50,891 nt of DNA from Minisyncoccota bacterium (GTDB lineage Bacteria; Patescibacteriota; Minisyncoccia; Phycocordibacterales; GCA-2401445). Shown in pieces: positions 19,214-27,691 of the stretch. Where the stretch lies: the NCBI GenBank assembly GCA_040879725.1, contig JBBDJV010000010.1:1-50891 (forward strand). Reading direction: 5' to 3'. Under the pieces are notes generated by a model. That model saw nothing but the letters and a program-made list of their open reading frames with translations, was not told the DNA's origin and did not search any database. The position numbers were made by a program, and so were the translations under genes. Each line of letters begins with the position of its first letter. The stretch's first letter is position 1.

Positions 19214-20109
19214 TGTGCTGAGTTTAGTAATGTATCGTTCTTATAGCGTGAGCAGTTAAAGTCTTTTGCATAGTTTGGTTTGGCGGTATTGCATGATCCT
19301 GGAGAAGAAATTGCATCTAGCTTGTAGTCATTTTCTTCATAGGTAATAGTTAATGGCGGGGTGTAGGTATTGTGGTAGTCTGGTTTTTCTTCGTAATAAA
19401 AAACAATTCCCGTAATTGCTCCTTTTACTATATCTGTTTCAAATACTCGATATCGAGCGCAGTGATACTCTGTAATATCTATTTTTTGATCATTCGGTAA
19501 TGTTTGAACAGGAGTAGCGCACGCTTGTGACCCCGCATCATCCTTATCAAAAAGATACGTATAGTTAGTTCCAGCGTATTGTGCCGTTATGTTCCCTGGC
19601 CAAGAAGGCTCGGTACCTTCATTTTTTCGTATAAAGTGGTAAGCAATGGTCGGACTGACTGCGAGTGAGAGATTTTCTGGTTCGGCGTAAGTAACGACCG
19701 CTACCTCAGCGGGTGTATTCGATGTCCCTACATTTTCAAGAAGGAAATTTGTCTGGAGTATTTGAGGGCTGATGGTATTAACGATCAAGAATGAACCGAG
19801 GGCAAGAAGAAGTCCAAAAATTGCCTTATTAACGGTTTGTTTTCCACTCGACTTTTTAGAGACCGCGTCAGTACTCATGTACTGAATTCCTCCATAGACG
19901 ATCATAATAACCGCCAACGCTATTGCTATACCAATGCCAAATGTGTAGAGGTTTCCAAGATACTCTTCGAGTCCTATTCCTGTTTTATTTATGTCATTTT
20001 CTGAAGTGGTGAGTGGAGCGAGAGGAACGTACTCACTTACGGCAAATACGTCAGTGGTGACTGTTCCAAGAAAGATAAGTATGAATGTCAGTGCGAATAA
20101 GTATTTCAT
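19210..20109 (-). CDS. T4SS pilin-like (TrbC/VirB2-type two-helix module) fused to a Cys-containing C-terminal domain
   Basis: A signal peptide is followed by LGNLYTFGIGIAIALAVIMIVYGGIQYMSTDAVSKKSSGKQTVNKAIFGLLLALGSFLIVNTI. This matches the helix / charged loop / helix pattern of the Pfam T4SS_pilin family. Confidence 0.6.
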   Translation of the reverse strand: MKYLFALTFILIFLGTVTTDVFAVSEYVPLAPLTTSENDINKTGIGLEEYLGNLYTFGIGIAIALAVIMIVYGGIQYMSTDAVSKKSSGKQTVNKAIFGLLLALGSFLIVNTISPQILQTNFLLENVGTSNTPAEVAVVTYAEPENLSLAVSPTIAYHFIRKNEGTEPSWPGNITAQYAGTNYTYLFDKDDAGSQACATPVQTLPNDQKIDITEYHCARYRVFETDIVKGAITGIVFYYEEKPDYHNTYTPPLTITYEENDYKLDAISSPGSCNTAKPNYAKDFNCSRYKNDTLLNSAQ

Positions 20110-20112
20110 TGA

Positions 20113-21153
20113 TTATTGTGGGAAAAATGATTGCTCAGTTTGAGTGTTGCCGTCAAAAGTAAGTGTCATGTTTCTTCGTACGCGTGAAAAGATGTTTGCC
20201 GGGTGTGATACATCCAGTACAAGTGTAGCTCTTCCTGATACTCCTCTTTCTGGACGCAAGGTGATTAAGGATGGATCGCTCGTTTGTGGCGCGACACCTT
20301 CTCCATTCACTGACCAGCGATAAGTTAAGCTGCTGTCTTTTTTATCTTGTGTTGGGAAGAAGTACGGGCTCGCCACAAGGGTAAACTCCGGTGTATTGAA
20401 TGTCGCTCCAGATGAGTAGGCTCTTTCATACTGTGTTTTGAGAAGTGGATCGAAACGATAGAAATATAATTCAGGTGAAGCGGGGGCAAGGACTATTTTC
20501 TTTTCAGCAACAAGGTCTTTATTTCTATCTGAAACCGTGACACCAATAGTCATAGGTCCATTAAGAGTGTCTTCTTCTCTAACAAAGTATACCTGCTTCC
20601 CATATCCAGTAGCCGAAGGAATATTTTTGTTGCCTATTTTCCATTCATAGAAAAGCTCTTCAGGGTTAAGTGGTCTTCCGCTAACCCGAAGGTCTGGGAG
20701 CGCCACCACTTTCACCGGCGCTCCATATGTGTATACCGCTCGTCCTTTGTAGAAAGGTGGAGTGTAGGTAAGCGCCTCCCATACCAAGTCGACATTTGAA
20801 GGAATAAAGGAAAAGTCTTGAGTAAGAAAGTTTCCTTCTACTGTTTGAGCAACCATTTCAACATCATTTCGTGAGCCGACATTTCCTGTGGTGAATTCAA
20901 ATGACCGTAACCCAATACCACTTTGCGTTAGCTCGCCGTTTATGTACCAAGAAATATTTGCGCGGTTTAGGTCTGTGCCGAAGCTTTGAATAGTAATGGT
21001 AACCTGCTCGTTTGCTCCAGGTATTTTAGGAATAACGTCTATTTTAAATGCGTTATTATTTATTCCGAACTGCGCTTCCGCAACAGGCCCAGAAATAAAA
21101 AGCAAAAAAAGTATTATACCTAATCCAAAAATGTGCACGATCTTTTTTTGCAT
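20113..21153 (-). CDS. Secreted protein, function unknown (T4SS-like operon)
   Basis: It has a signal peptide/TM (MQKKIVHIFGLGIILFLLFISGPVAEA). The start is set at ATG 21153, 1 nt after the upstream stop. Confidence 0.65.
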   Translation of the reverse strand: MQKKIVHIFGLGIILFLLFISGPVAEAQFGINNNAFKIDVIPKIPGANEQVTITIQSFGTDLNRANISWYINGELTQSGIGLRSFEFTTGNVGSRNDVEMVAQTVEGNFLTQDFSFIPSNVDLVWEALTYTPPFYKGRAVYTYGAPVKVVALPDLRVSGRPLNPEELFYEWKIGNKNIPSATGYGKQVYFVREEDTLNGPMTIGVTVSDRNKDLVAEKKIVLAPASPELYFYRFDPLLKTQYERAYSSGATFNTPEFTLVASPYFFPTQDKKDSSLTYRWSVNGEGVAPQTSDPSLITLRPERGVSGRATLVLDVSHPANIFSRVRRNMTLTFDGNTQTEQSFFPQ

Positions 21154-21154
21154 A

Positions 21155-21535
21155 TTACTTATTTCCTGCAAGGTGTGGTTTTATTGATACTCCTGTCTTA
21201 TCCTCTAATCTTACCATGGATATGATTAGAATTATCCCAATAGTCCACATCGGAAGCCAGCCGGTAAGTGGAAAAACTTCTAAAAGTGCCGCTCCAGAGG
21301 AAACAAGAAATTTCTTCGGACTCAGTAATCCAACCCCGAGCATAAAGAGCCAAAAGGAGAAAACGCATACCGCGAAAAGTGAAACAAATGACTGAAGGGG
21401 TGCAAGGAGTACTGTTGCAGTAAGTACTACTTCCACCACATCAAATATAAGTGCCACACCTATCAGTAAAACGGCGGTAATGTTTCCTATGCGAGTTTTA
21501 GTTCCCTCATTCTCCATTTTCTTCTTTTTGAGCAA
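21155..21535 (-). CDS. Small polytopic membrane protein (about 4 TM), function unknown
   Basis: The profile is hydrophobic throughout. It overlaps the VirB4-like gene end; an alternative start is ATG 21517. Confidence 0.55.
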   Translation of the reverse strand: MLKKKKMENEGTKTRIGNITAVLLIGVALIFDVVEVVLTATVLLAPLQSFVSLFAVCVFSFWLFMLGVGLLSPKKFLVSSGAALLEVFPLTGWLPMWTIGIILIISMVRLEDKTGVSIKPHLAGNK

Positions 21536-23330
21536 GCTCTTGTTTTGCGCGTTTTATAGCAAGTACTTGTGACGGGTCTGAAGTAATGATCTGATCCTCC
21601 GTGTACGAGGCGATTATTTTAATCGCAACGTGCTTCATACCGGCAAAGAAGATACCTTCTCCCACATCAGATTCCAAAAGTAAGAACTTTTCTTCGTCAG
21701 TGAGGTTAAATGTCTCTTTTACTCTATCTACTGCCGTTGGGGACTGTTTCAAAAGTATTTGAATGGAAGAGTTCGTGATAATAGGAATACCATAAGGTGA
21801 CTTCATAAAGTCCCCTACGTCTTGGGTTATGGTAGCAATACCAAGGTAGTATTTTCTTCCTCGTTTTGCCAAGCCAAAGAGGAACGATGCTGTGTCATCA
21901 CTTTTCATCATCCACCATGCCTCATCGATAACAAGAAGTCGCTTTTTGATATTCTTTCTGATTGTATTCCAAATAAAGTGCGTAATGATATACATTGCCG
22001 CCGGCTTTAGCTCGTCTTCCATGTCACGCACAGAAAATACGACAAACTTTTTATTTATGTCTACGTTTGAAGGTTTGTTTATAAAACCAGACCACGTACC
22101 TTTGGTGTACTTGGTTAGCTTTTGCGCAAGACTTTCCCCTCCTTCCATGCCGGCGAGTACCAGCTCGAAGTCTGACATGAGCGGAGCCTCGATGTTAGTG
22201 AAGTCTGATTCCGGTGTGATGTCTTTGAGCGCATAGGTTTCGGTAATTGCTCGGTCCATGATAGCGTCTTCTTCAGGAGAAAGACCTCCAAGCATGATAC
22301 GGAAAAGTCCCACCAAATGAACTATATTTGAACGGAGAACGTCTTGAGGAGATTCATCTGGCGCGGGAATAGGAAGATCAAACGGGTTAATATGGTGTTC
22401 TGAGGTAAGTGATATGTTGAAGTAGCGACCGCCGATAGTGTCTGCCATGTATTCGTATTCCCTCTCAGGGTCGATGACGATAACTTCAGCATCAAACATA
22501 AGTGTACGAAGTATTTCAAGTTTTGTGGCATAGGATTTTCCTGAACCTGATTTAGCAAACGTAACTGAGTTGTAGTTTTCAAGAGAGAAGCGGTCAAAAA
22601 TAACCAAACTGGAATTATGGCGGTTTACACCGTAGAGAATTCCTCTGTCACTAGTGAGGTCAAACGATACAAAAGGAAAAATACTCGAGAGTGGAGAAGA
22701 GTTTAGTTTTGAGTGCACCATTAGCTGGTCATCTCCGATGGGTATAACACTCTTGAGTCCTTGTTCTTGTTGGAATAGAGCGGGCTTGAGGTACACTAAC
22801 TTCGCTTCCAGTATTGAACGTATTTCTGATTCTGCTTTATCAAGCTCGTGCTCGTTTTCAGCGTAGACGGTAATATACAGACCCACATCAAAAAGCTTTT
22901 CTTGTGCTTGCATAAGGTCATCACGGAGTTGTTCCAAGTCCTGATAGGCGGTATCAAGCATCGGGTCACGAACCAAACCTTTATCCTCTCGCGCGTGGAT
23001 CTGGCTTTGTACCTCGGCTACTTTCTTTTGGAATGTACGAAGTACTTTTGCTGTTTCAACAGGATGAACAAAAATAGAAATATCAAATACTTTATCGAGG
23101 TTGATGATAGGAGAAAACCAGTTTTCAGTTAAGAAGCGGGGGTATGAAATAACAAAAAGTGTTCTACCTACTTTGTCACCCAAATTAAAATCTTTTGGGG
23201 TTATACGAAGCGCGGAGGGCGCAATAATATCTCGCAATTCCAAAATACCCGCTTCATAAATTTCCTGCGGAAGAATAGGTGCAATTTCCGGTGTGTTTTG
23301 TTTAGTTTTTAGAAAATCAAATAGTCCCAT
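21507..23330 (-). CDS. virB4: VirB4/TrbE/TrsE-family type IV secretion ATPase
   Basis: It has Walker A FAKSGSGKSYATK and Walker B RLLVIDEAWWMM. The N-terminal pattern GRTLFVISYPRFLTENWFSPII is typical of VirB4. Confidence 0.85.
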   Translation of the reverse strand: MGLFDFLKTKQNTPEIAPILPQEIYEAGILELRDIIAPSALRITPKDFNLGDKVGRTLFVISYPRFLTENWFSPIINLDKVFDISIFVHPVETAKVLRTFQKKVAEVQSQIHAREDKGLVRDPMLDTAYQDLEQLRDDLMQAQEKLFDVGLYITVYAENEHELDKAESEIRSILEAKLVYLKPALFQQEQGLKSVIPIGDDQLMVHSKLNSSPLSSIFPFVSFDLTSDRGILYGVNRHNSSLVIFDRFSLENYNSVTFAKSGSGKSYATKLEILRTLMFDAEVIVIDPEREYEYMADTIGGRYFNISLTSEHHINPFDLPIPAPDESPQDVLRSNIVHLVGLFRIMLGGLSPEEDAIMDRAITETYALKDITPESDFTNIEAPLMSDFELVLAGMEGGESLAQKLTKYTKGTWSGFINKPSNVDINKKFVVFSVRDMEDELKPAAMYIITHFIWNTIRKNIKKRLLVIDEAWWMMKSDDTASFLFGLAKRGRKYYLGIATITQDVGDFMKSPYGIPIITNSSIQILLKQSPTAVDRVKETFNLTDEEKFLLLESDVGEGIFFAGMKHVAIKIIASYTEDQIITSDPSQVLAIKRAKQELAQKEENGE

Positions 23331-23334
23331 AAAA

Positions 23335-23964
23335 TTATTCTACCTGAATAGGCTTTTCCGATTCGCCTGGATTAAACAGCTTATAAAATACTTCAACAAT
23401 TTCTTCAGTTCCCAATCGCGCAACGCGAATACCTGTACGAATAAGACCTTGTTCTACAATCGATACTCTCTGTTCAAGCTGGCTTCTGTTCTCTTCGAAT
23501 TTTTCTATTTTAGATTCCGCTTGTGCTTGTGCGTTCTTTTTCTTGAAAAGCGAGCTAGAACCTCCAATAGATCCCGGAGAATACGGAATGACAATAATAA
23601 AGCTCTTTGTCATAATACTGGTGTTTTCGGTAAAGTTTTTGATGAAGTTTATATACTCGCGAGTTTGGGTTTTGATAAGCTCTTCCACTTGTTCTTTTTG
23701 GCGAGCTTCGAGAAGCGCTATGTATGGTCTGATATCAAGCTCTCTGGACTGTACGAAAATCTGAATTGAAAAATCAAGCGAGTTAAGGAAGTTTTGGAAC
23801 TGAAGGATAATTCCCTGTTGCTCATCTTCTGACTTAAGCGCAAAGTTAAGAGACGATACAAGTACAAGTGCTCGCATTGAGTTGTCCTCAAGCACAACCA
23901 CTCCATCACGAACTTCCTTTATAGGTACGAAGTCTTGAGTTGGTTTACTTTTGTTGTTGGCCAT
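23335..23964 (-). CDS. VirB4-associated protein resembling the extreme N-terminal region of Gram-positive VirB4 proteins
   Basis: The segment FVPIKEVRDGVVVLEDNSMRALVLVSSLNFALKSEDEQ fits this. It ends 4 nt before the VirB4-like ATG, in a different frame. Confidence 0.55.
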   Translation of the reverse strand: MANNKSKPTQDFVPIKEVRDGVVVLEDNSMRALVLVSSLNFALKSEDEQQGIILQFQNFLNSLDFSIQIFVQSRELDIRPYIALLEARQKEQVEELIKTQTREYINFIKNFTENTSIMTKSFIIVIPYSPGSIGGSSSLFKKKNAQAQAESKIEKFEENRSQLEQRVSIVEQGLIRTGIRVARLGTEEIVEVFYKLFNPGESEKPIQVE

Positions 23965-24379
23965 AATGATTTTTTGATTCGTGGATATCTAAGCTCCATG
24001 CCAAATCTTTTAGTTTACTGTCTGAGAGTCTTGGTACATACGTTTCCGCTCCTGTGTCAGAAATATCTTTTTTCTCCGTATGATTTACTTTTTTGGGTAT
24101 TTTTTTCCAAATATAAAGTCGTGCGCGAGTGTAGAAATAAAATGCAGATTCAAGCATGTTTATAAAGGGTCGCTTTGACTGATCTTTATAAAATGCCAGT
24201 GCAATGGAAAGGACAACTACTGGAGTCAGAAGTACAAATGCAAGAATTTTTGGACTAATAAGCGAAAAGATGGTAAATGCCAAACCCGCTCCTCCTGCCA
24301 AATAAATGAACTGCTTCAGGGTTAATGGCCCGAAAATCTTATCTTCCACCTCAATAAACTGGGGCACTTGAAACCTCAT
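23945..24379 (-). CDS. PrgI-family (VirB3-analog) membrane protein, first gene of the T4SS-like operon
   Basis: The sequence MRFQVPQFIEVEDKIFGPLTLKQFIYLAGGAGLAF is followed by a second TM helix. Confidence 0.6.
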   Translation of the reverse strand: MRFQVPQFIEVEDKIFGPLTLKQFIYLAGGAGLAFTIFSLISPKILAFVLLTPVVVLSIALAFYKDQSKRPFINMLESAFYFYTRARLYIWKKIPKKVNHTEKKDISDTGAETYVPRLSDSKLKDLAWSLDIHESKNHYGQQQK

Positions 24380-24385
24380 GTAAAA

Positions 24386-24391
24386 AGTATA
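24386..24391 (-). promoter_or_regulatory. -10 TATACT, 6 nt before the ATG of the T4SS-like operon
   Basis: The minus strand reads TATACT-TTTTAC-ATG. Confidence 0.45.
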
Positions 24392-24651
24392 CCTTACACT
24401 GGCATAAATGTACTGTGTATACGGAAACTAAGGAGGTAGAAGTAGCTGTGTATAACGGTTTGACTTTGCCTACAGGTTAGGTATAGTAAAGGAATACCGA
24501 ATGAGTTGATGAAATATTTTGGCTTAACAAAGCCATATTTTGAAATAACTTCCGTCTGTCACCTAAACAAAAACATATAAAACGTTCGAACAAAGAACCT
24601 GGTAACATACAAGAGGCCTCAAAAAACCAGGCGACATATCGAGAACAAAAA

Positions 24652-25689
24652 ATGCGTTTTCTCACAAAAACACTTTTTTTCGTATCTATCATAGGCCTCC
24701 CATTTACTCTCAATGCGGGGTTTTTTTCCTACATGAGTTCACTGTTTGAACAGAAAACAAGCGAGGTAGATAGTGGTTTTCAATATAATTCCCAGAATGT
24801 GGCTCTACTAAAGGCTGCGACGAATGCAAATCCGGCATTGGCGCAAGGAGGAAGCGATGTTGCGGTTATTTCCGGAAGTGCCCTTCTTGCCGAAACCGGT
24901 CCAAGTGGAACTATTGCAAATATTGGTGATTTTCAGCCGGAACAAGGTTCAATTTCAACATATGTTGTCCGTGAAGGCGATTCACTCTCTGAAATAGCAA
25001 CAATGTTTAATGTGAGTCAAAACACAATTTTGTGGGCAAATGACCTTAGTAGGACTTCTGTAATAAAACCAGGACAACAGCTTATTATCCTACCGGTTAC
25101 TGGTGTGCGACACATGATAGCAAAAGGAGATACATTAGAGAGTATTTCCAAAAAGTATAAGGCAGATATAGATGAAATAAGAGGTTTCAATGCTATTAGT
25201 AGTGATACAGTATTGGCAATTGGTGAAGTACTTATTATTCCTGAAGGAGAAGTTTCTATTAGTGCGTATACTCCTTCTGTGGCAGTGAAAGAGAAAAGCA
25301 CCGCTGAATATGTGGGTTACTTTACTCACCCGGTTCCAACAGCTCTAAAAACACAAGGATTGCACGGATATAATGCGGTTGACTTTGGTGCTCCACAGGG
25401 AACACCGATATACGCATCAGCGTCAGGAGAAGTTGTGGTTGCGCGAAGTGGTGGCTGGAACGGCGGTTTTGGAAGCTACGTGGTGATTAAACACCCTAAT
25501 GGCGCACAAACACTGTATGCGCACCAAAGCTCTGTTTTGGTTAACTCAGGAGACTGGGTGGTGAAAGGAGAGCGTATTGGTTCTGTTGGTTCAACTGGAA
25601 GATCAACCGGCCCTCACCTTCACTTTGAAGTTCGAGGAGCAAAGAATCCTTTCTCTTCTTGCGCACTTATGTCTCGTTGCGGTTACTAA
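24652..25689 (+). CDS. Secreted LysM-domain M23 peptidoglycan endopeptidase
   Basis: It has a signal peptide and two LysM repeats (YVVREGDSLSEIA, HMIAKGDTLESIS). The M23 motifs are HGYNAVDF and GSTGRSTGPHLHFEV. Confidence 0.9.
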   Translation: MRFLTKTLFFVSIIGLPFTLNAGFFSYMSSLFEQKTSEVDSGFQYNSQNVALLKAATNANPALAQGGSDVAVISGSALLAETGPSGTIANIGDFQPEQGSISTYVVREGDSLSEIATMFNVSQNTILWANDLSRTSVIKPGQQLIILPVTGVRHMIAKGDTLESISKKYKADIDEIRGFNAISSDTVLAIGEVLIIPEGEVSISAYTPSVAVKEKSTAEYVGYFTHPVPTALKTQGLHGYNAVDFGAPQGTPIYASASGEVVVARSGGWNGGFGSYVVIKHPNGAQTLYAHQSSVLVNSGDWVVKGERIGSVGSTGRSTGPHLHFEVRGAKNPFSSCALMSRCGY

Positions 25690-25699
25690 TGCAATATAT

Positions 25700-25730
25700 A
25701 AAAAACTCCCCTCTCTAAGGGAGTTTTTTA
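25700..25730. terminator. Bidirectional terminator between the M23 peptidase gene and comM
   Basis: The sequence is AAAAAACTCCC-CTCTCTA-AGGGAGTTTTTT. Confidence 0.75.
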
Positions 25731-27239
25731 TATATCCAAAAACGTCGGTCGATACTGCAAGGCTTCCAAAATATGTTCAGATGATACCGTGGGACTGTTT
25801 TCAAGGTCTGCGATTGTTCGAGCGAGTTTTTGCACACGGTGGTATGAGCGAGCTGAGAGTTTTAGTTTCTTTCCAGCTTCCATGAGGAGGTTTTTTGTTT
25901 CTGTATCAAGTGGAATAAATAATTCCACTTCTTTTGCCCCGATACGACCATTAGATATTTGTTTTTTATAACGCGCGTGTTGTTTATTTCGAGCATTAGT
26001 AACACGTGTGCGGATAGCTTTACTTGTTTCTTGTTCTGACTTTGTTCCTAGTACCGAGTATTCTATATGAGGTACTTCAACCCACATATCTATTCTATCG
26101 ATAATAGGTCCTGATATTTTTCTTTTAAAGCGATTGTGTGTTAGTTCATCCATAACCGCCGTTCCGTCTCGATTAAGCATGGAGGGTGGGTTGAGAGCGG
26201 CGACAAGAATAAAGTCTGCCGGAAAACGAGCAGAGCCACGTGCGCGTGAAATAGAAACTACTTTATCTTCGAGTGGTTCACGAAGTGCATCAATCACTCG
26301 ACGGTCAAATTCTGGAAATTCATCCAGAAATAACACTCCTCTGTGAGCGAGAGTTACCTCTCCTGGTTTTGGATTACTTCCTCCTCCAACAATCGCAACA
26401 TAAGAAGCAGTGTGGTGTGGTGAACGAAACGGTCGGAGTGCATACTCTTGAGAATTAAATAAACCGGCAATAGAATGAATGGAGGCTGTCTCAAGTAACT
26501 CTTCATCGGTAAACGGAGGAAGAATGTGCGAAAAAGCACGCGCGAGCATTGTCTTTCCAGTTCCTGGAGGTCCGAAAAGTGCAATGTTATGCTCTCCGGC
26601 AGCTGCTATTTCTAAAGCTCGTTTCGCTCGCGCATTCCCTTTTATATCTTTCATGTCAATAATAGTCTCAGGATATTCAAGGGACGCTCTTTCGTTTTGT
26701 TTATTTGGAGTAAGCACCACTTCTTCTTTCAGGTGCGCTACTATTTCCTTGAGAGAAGAAACAGGTATACAGTGCAGGTGCGGAAGTATGTGAGCTTCGT
26801 GCTCATTCTCTTTGGGTATGAAGACGGTTGAGAAGTTTTTCTGTTGCGCTTCAATGAGTAATGGGAGGACTCCTGTTACTCCTCTGATTTTCCCATCGAG
26901 AGAAAGCTCTCCTATAAAAAGGTTTTTGTCTTTTTCCTTCGGCAGTATTTCGCTCGCTTGCAGGTACGCAATAGCCATGGCGAGATCAAAATGAGTCCCC
27001 TCCTTTTTTATGTGCGCGGGAGCCAGGGAAATAACAACCTTTTGATTTTTAGATTTAGGTGAAGGAAAATCGGAATTTTTGAGTGCAGAAGAAATTCTGT
27101 CGCGTGCTTCTTCTACTGCTTTATCGGGAAGTCCGACAATAGAAAATGCATAGAGCCCTTTTGTAATATCAACTTCAACATCAACAATGTGAGGTTTCAG
27201 TAGAAAAGTTTGTGCACTGGTTACTCGTGCGAATGACAT
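25728..27239 (-). CDS. comM: ComM/YifB Mg-chelatase-like AAA+ ATPase
   Basis: It has Walker A FGPPGTGKTM and Walker B VLFLDEFPEF. The start is set at ATG 27239 (MSFARVTS), 6 nt after TATAGT (27246-27251). Confidence 0.9.
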   Translation of the reverse strand: MSFARVTSAQTFLLKPHIVDVEVDITKGLYAFSIVGLPDKAVEEARDRISSALKNSDFPSPKSKNQKVVISLAPAHIKKEGTHFDLAMAIAYLQASEILPKEKDKNLFIGELSLDGKIRGVTGVLPLLIEAQQKNFSTVFIPKENEHEAHILPHLHCIPVSSLKEIVAHLKEEVVLTPNKQNERASLEYPETIIDMKDIKGNARAKRALEIAAAGEHNIALFGPPGTGKTMLARAFSHILPPFTDEELLETASIHSIAGLFNSQEYALRPFRSPHHTASYVAIVGGGSNPKPGEVTLAHRGVLFLDEFPEFDRRVIDALREPLEDKVVSISRARGSARFPADFILVAALNPPSMLNRDGTAVMDELTHNRFKRKISGPIIDRIDMWVEVPHIEYSVLGTKSEQETSKAIRTRVTNARNKQHARYKKQISNGRIGAKEVELFIPLDTETKNLLMEAGKKLKLSARSYHRVQKLARTIADLENSPTVSSEHILEALQYRPTFLDI

Positions 27240-27254
27240 ACTTCTACTATACAC

Positions 27255-27285
27255 CAAAAAATAAACACATTCAGAGAATGTGTTT
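27255..27285 (-). terminator. Rho-independent terminator after the dksA-like gene
   Basis: On the minus strand, AAACACATT-CTCTG-AATGTGTTT is followed by ATTTTTTGG. Confidence 0.6.
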
Positions 27286-27655
27286 ATGAAAGAGGAGGTT
27301 CTTCGTTAATATGTTTTTTACAAGTACGAGCTGCGGGGTTTGCACTAAGGCGGTCTTCTTCAATTTCTTCCTTTGATATTTCACAAATTCCGTAGGTTCC
27401 ATCTTCGATTCGCTTTAGTGCGTCTTGTACATTATTTAATCTTATCTCGAGCTGTTTTAGTATCGCACTGTTTTCTTCAAACCCTTCCATGTTGTCACCC
27501 CTGTCATTTGCATCAGCAAACTCCCCGTCATTTTTTGGCGGAACCGGTTCCCAGTCAAGTGGATTGTCAGGATTAACACGACCAACTGTTTGTAGTTCGG
27601 CAACAAGTGTTTCTTTTTCTTCGGTTAAAAGCTTTTTGTACTTTTCTGTATCCAT
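27284..27655 (-). CDS. DksA/TraR-family protein with a degenerate zinc finger
   Basis: The coiled-coil N-terminal part and the C-terminal GTYGICEISKEEIEEDRLSANPAARTCKKH fit the family. Only 2 of the usual 4 Cys are present. Confidence 0.6.
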   Translation of the reverse strand: MDTEKYKKLLTEEKETLVAELQTVGRVNPDNPLDWEPVPPKNDGEFADANDRGDNMEGFEENSAILKQLEIRLNNVQDALKRIEDGTYGICEISKEEIEEDRLSANPAARTCKKHINEEPPLS

Positions 27656-27661
27656 ACCGTT

Positions 27662-27670
27662 ATTTTAGCA
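27662..27670 (-). promoter_or_regulatory. Extended -10 TGCTAAAAT, 6 nt before the dksA-like ATG
   Basis: The minus strand reads TGCTAAAAT-AACGGT-ATG. The 9-mer is identical to the one at tsaE. Confidence 0.55.
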
Positions 27671-27691
27671 AATAACTCACACACCTACTAG

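Noticed and set aside
24428-24470. A strong AAGGAGG sequence upstream of the M23 gene as a ribosome-binding site.
   Set aside because: The only downstream frame (GTG) is 10 codons long, so there is no credible ORF.
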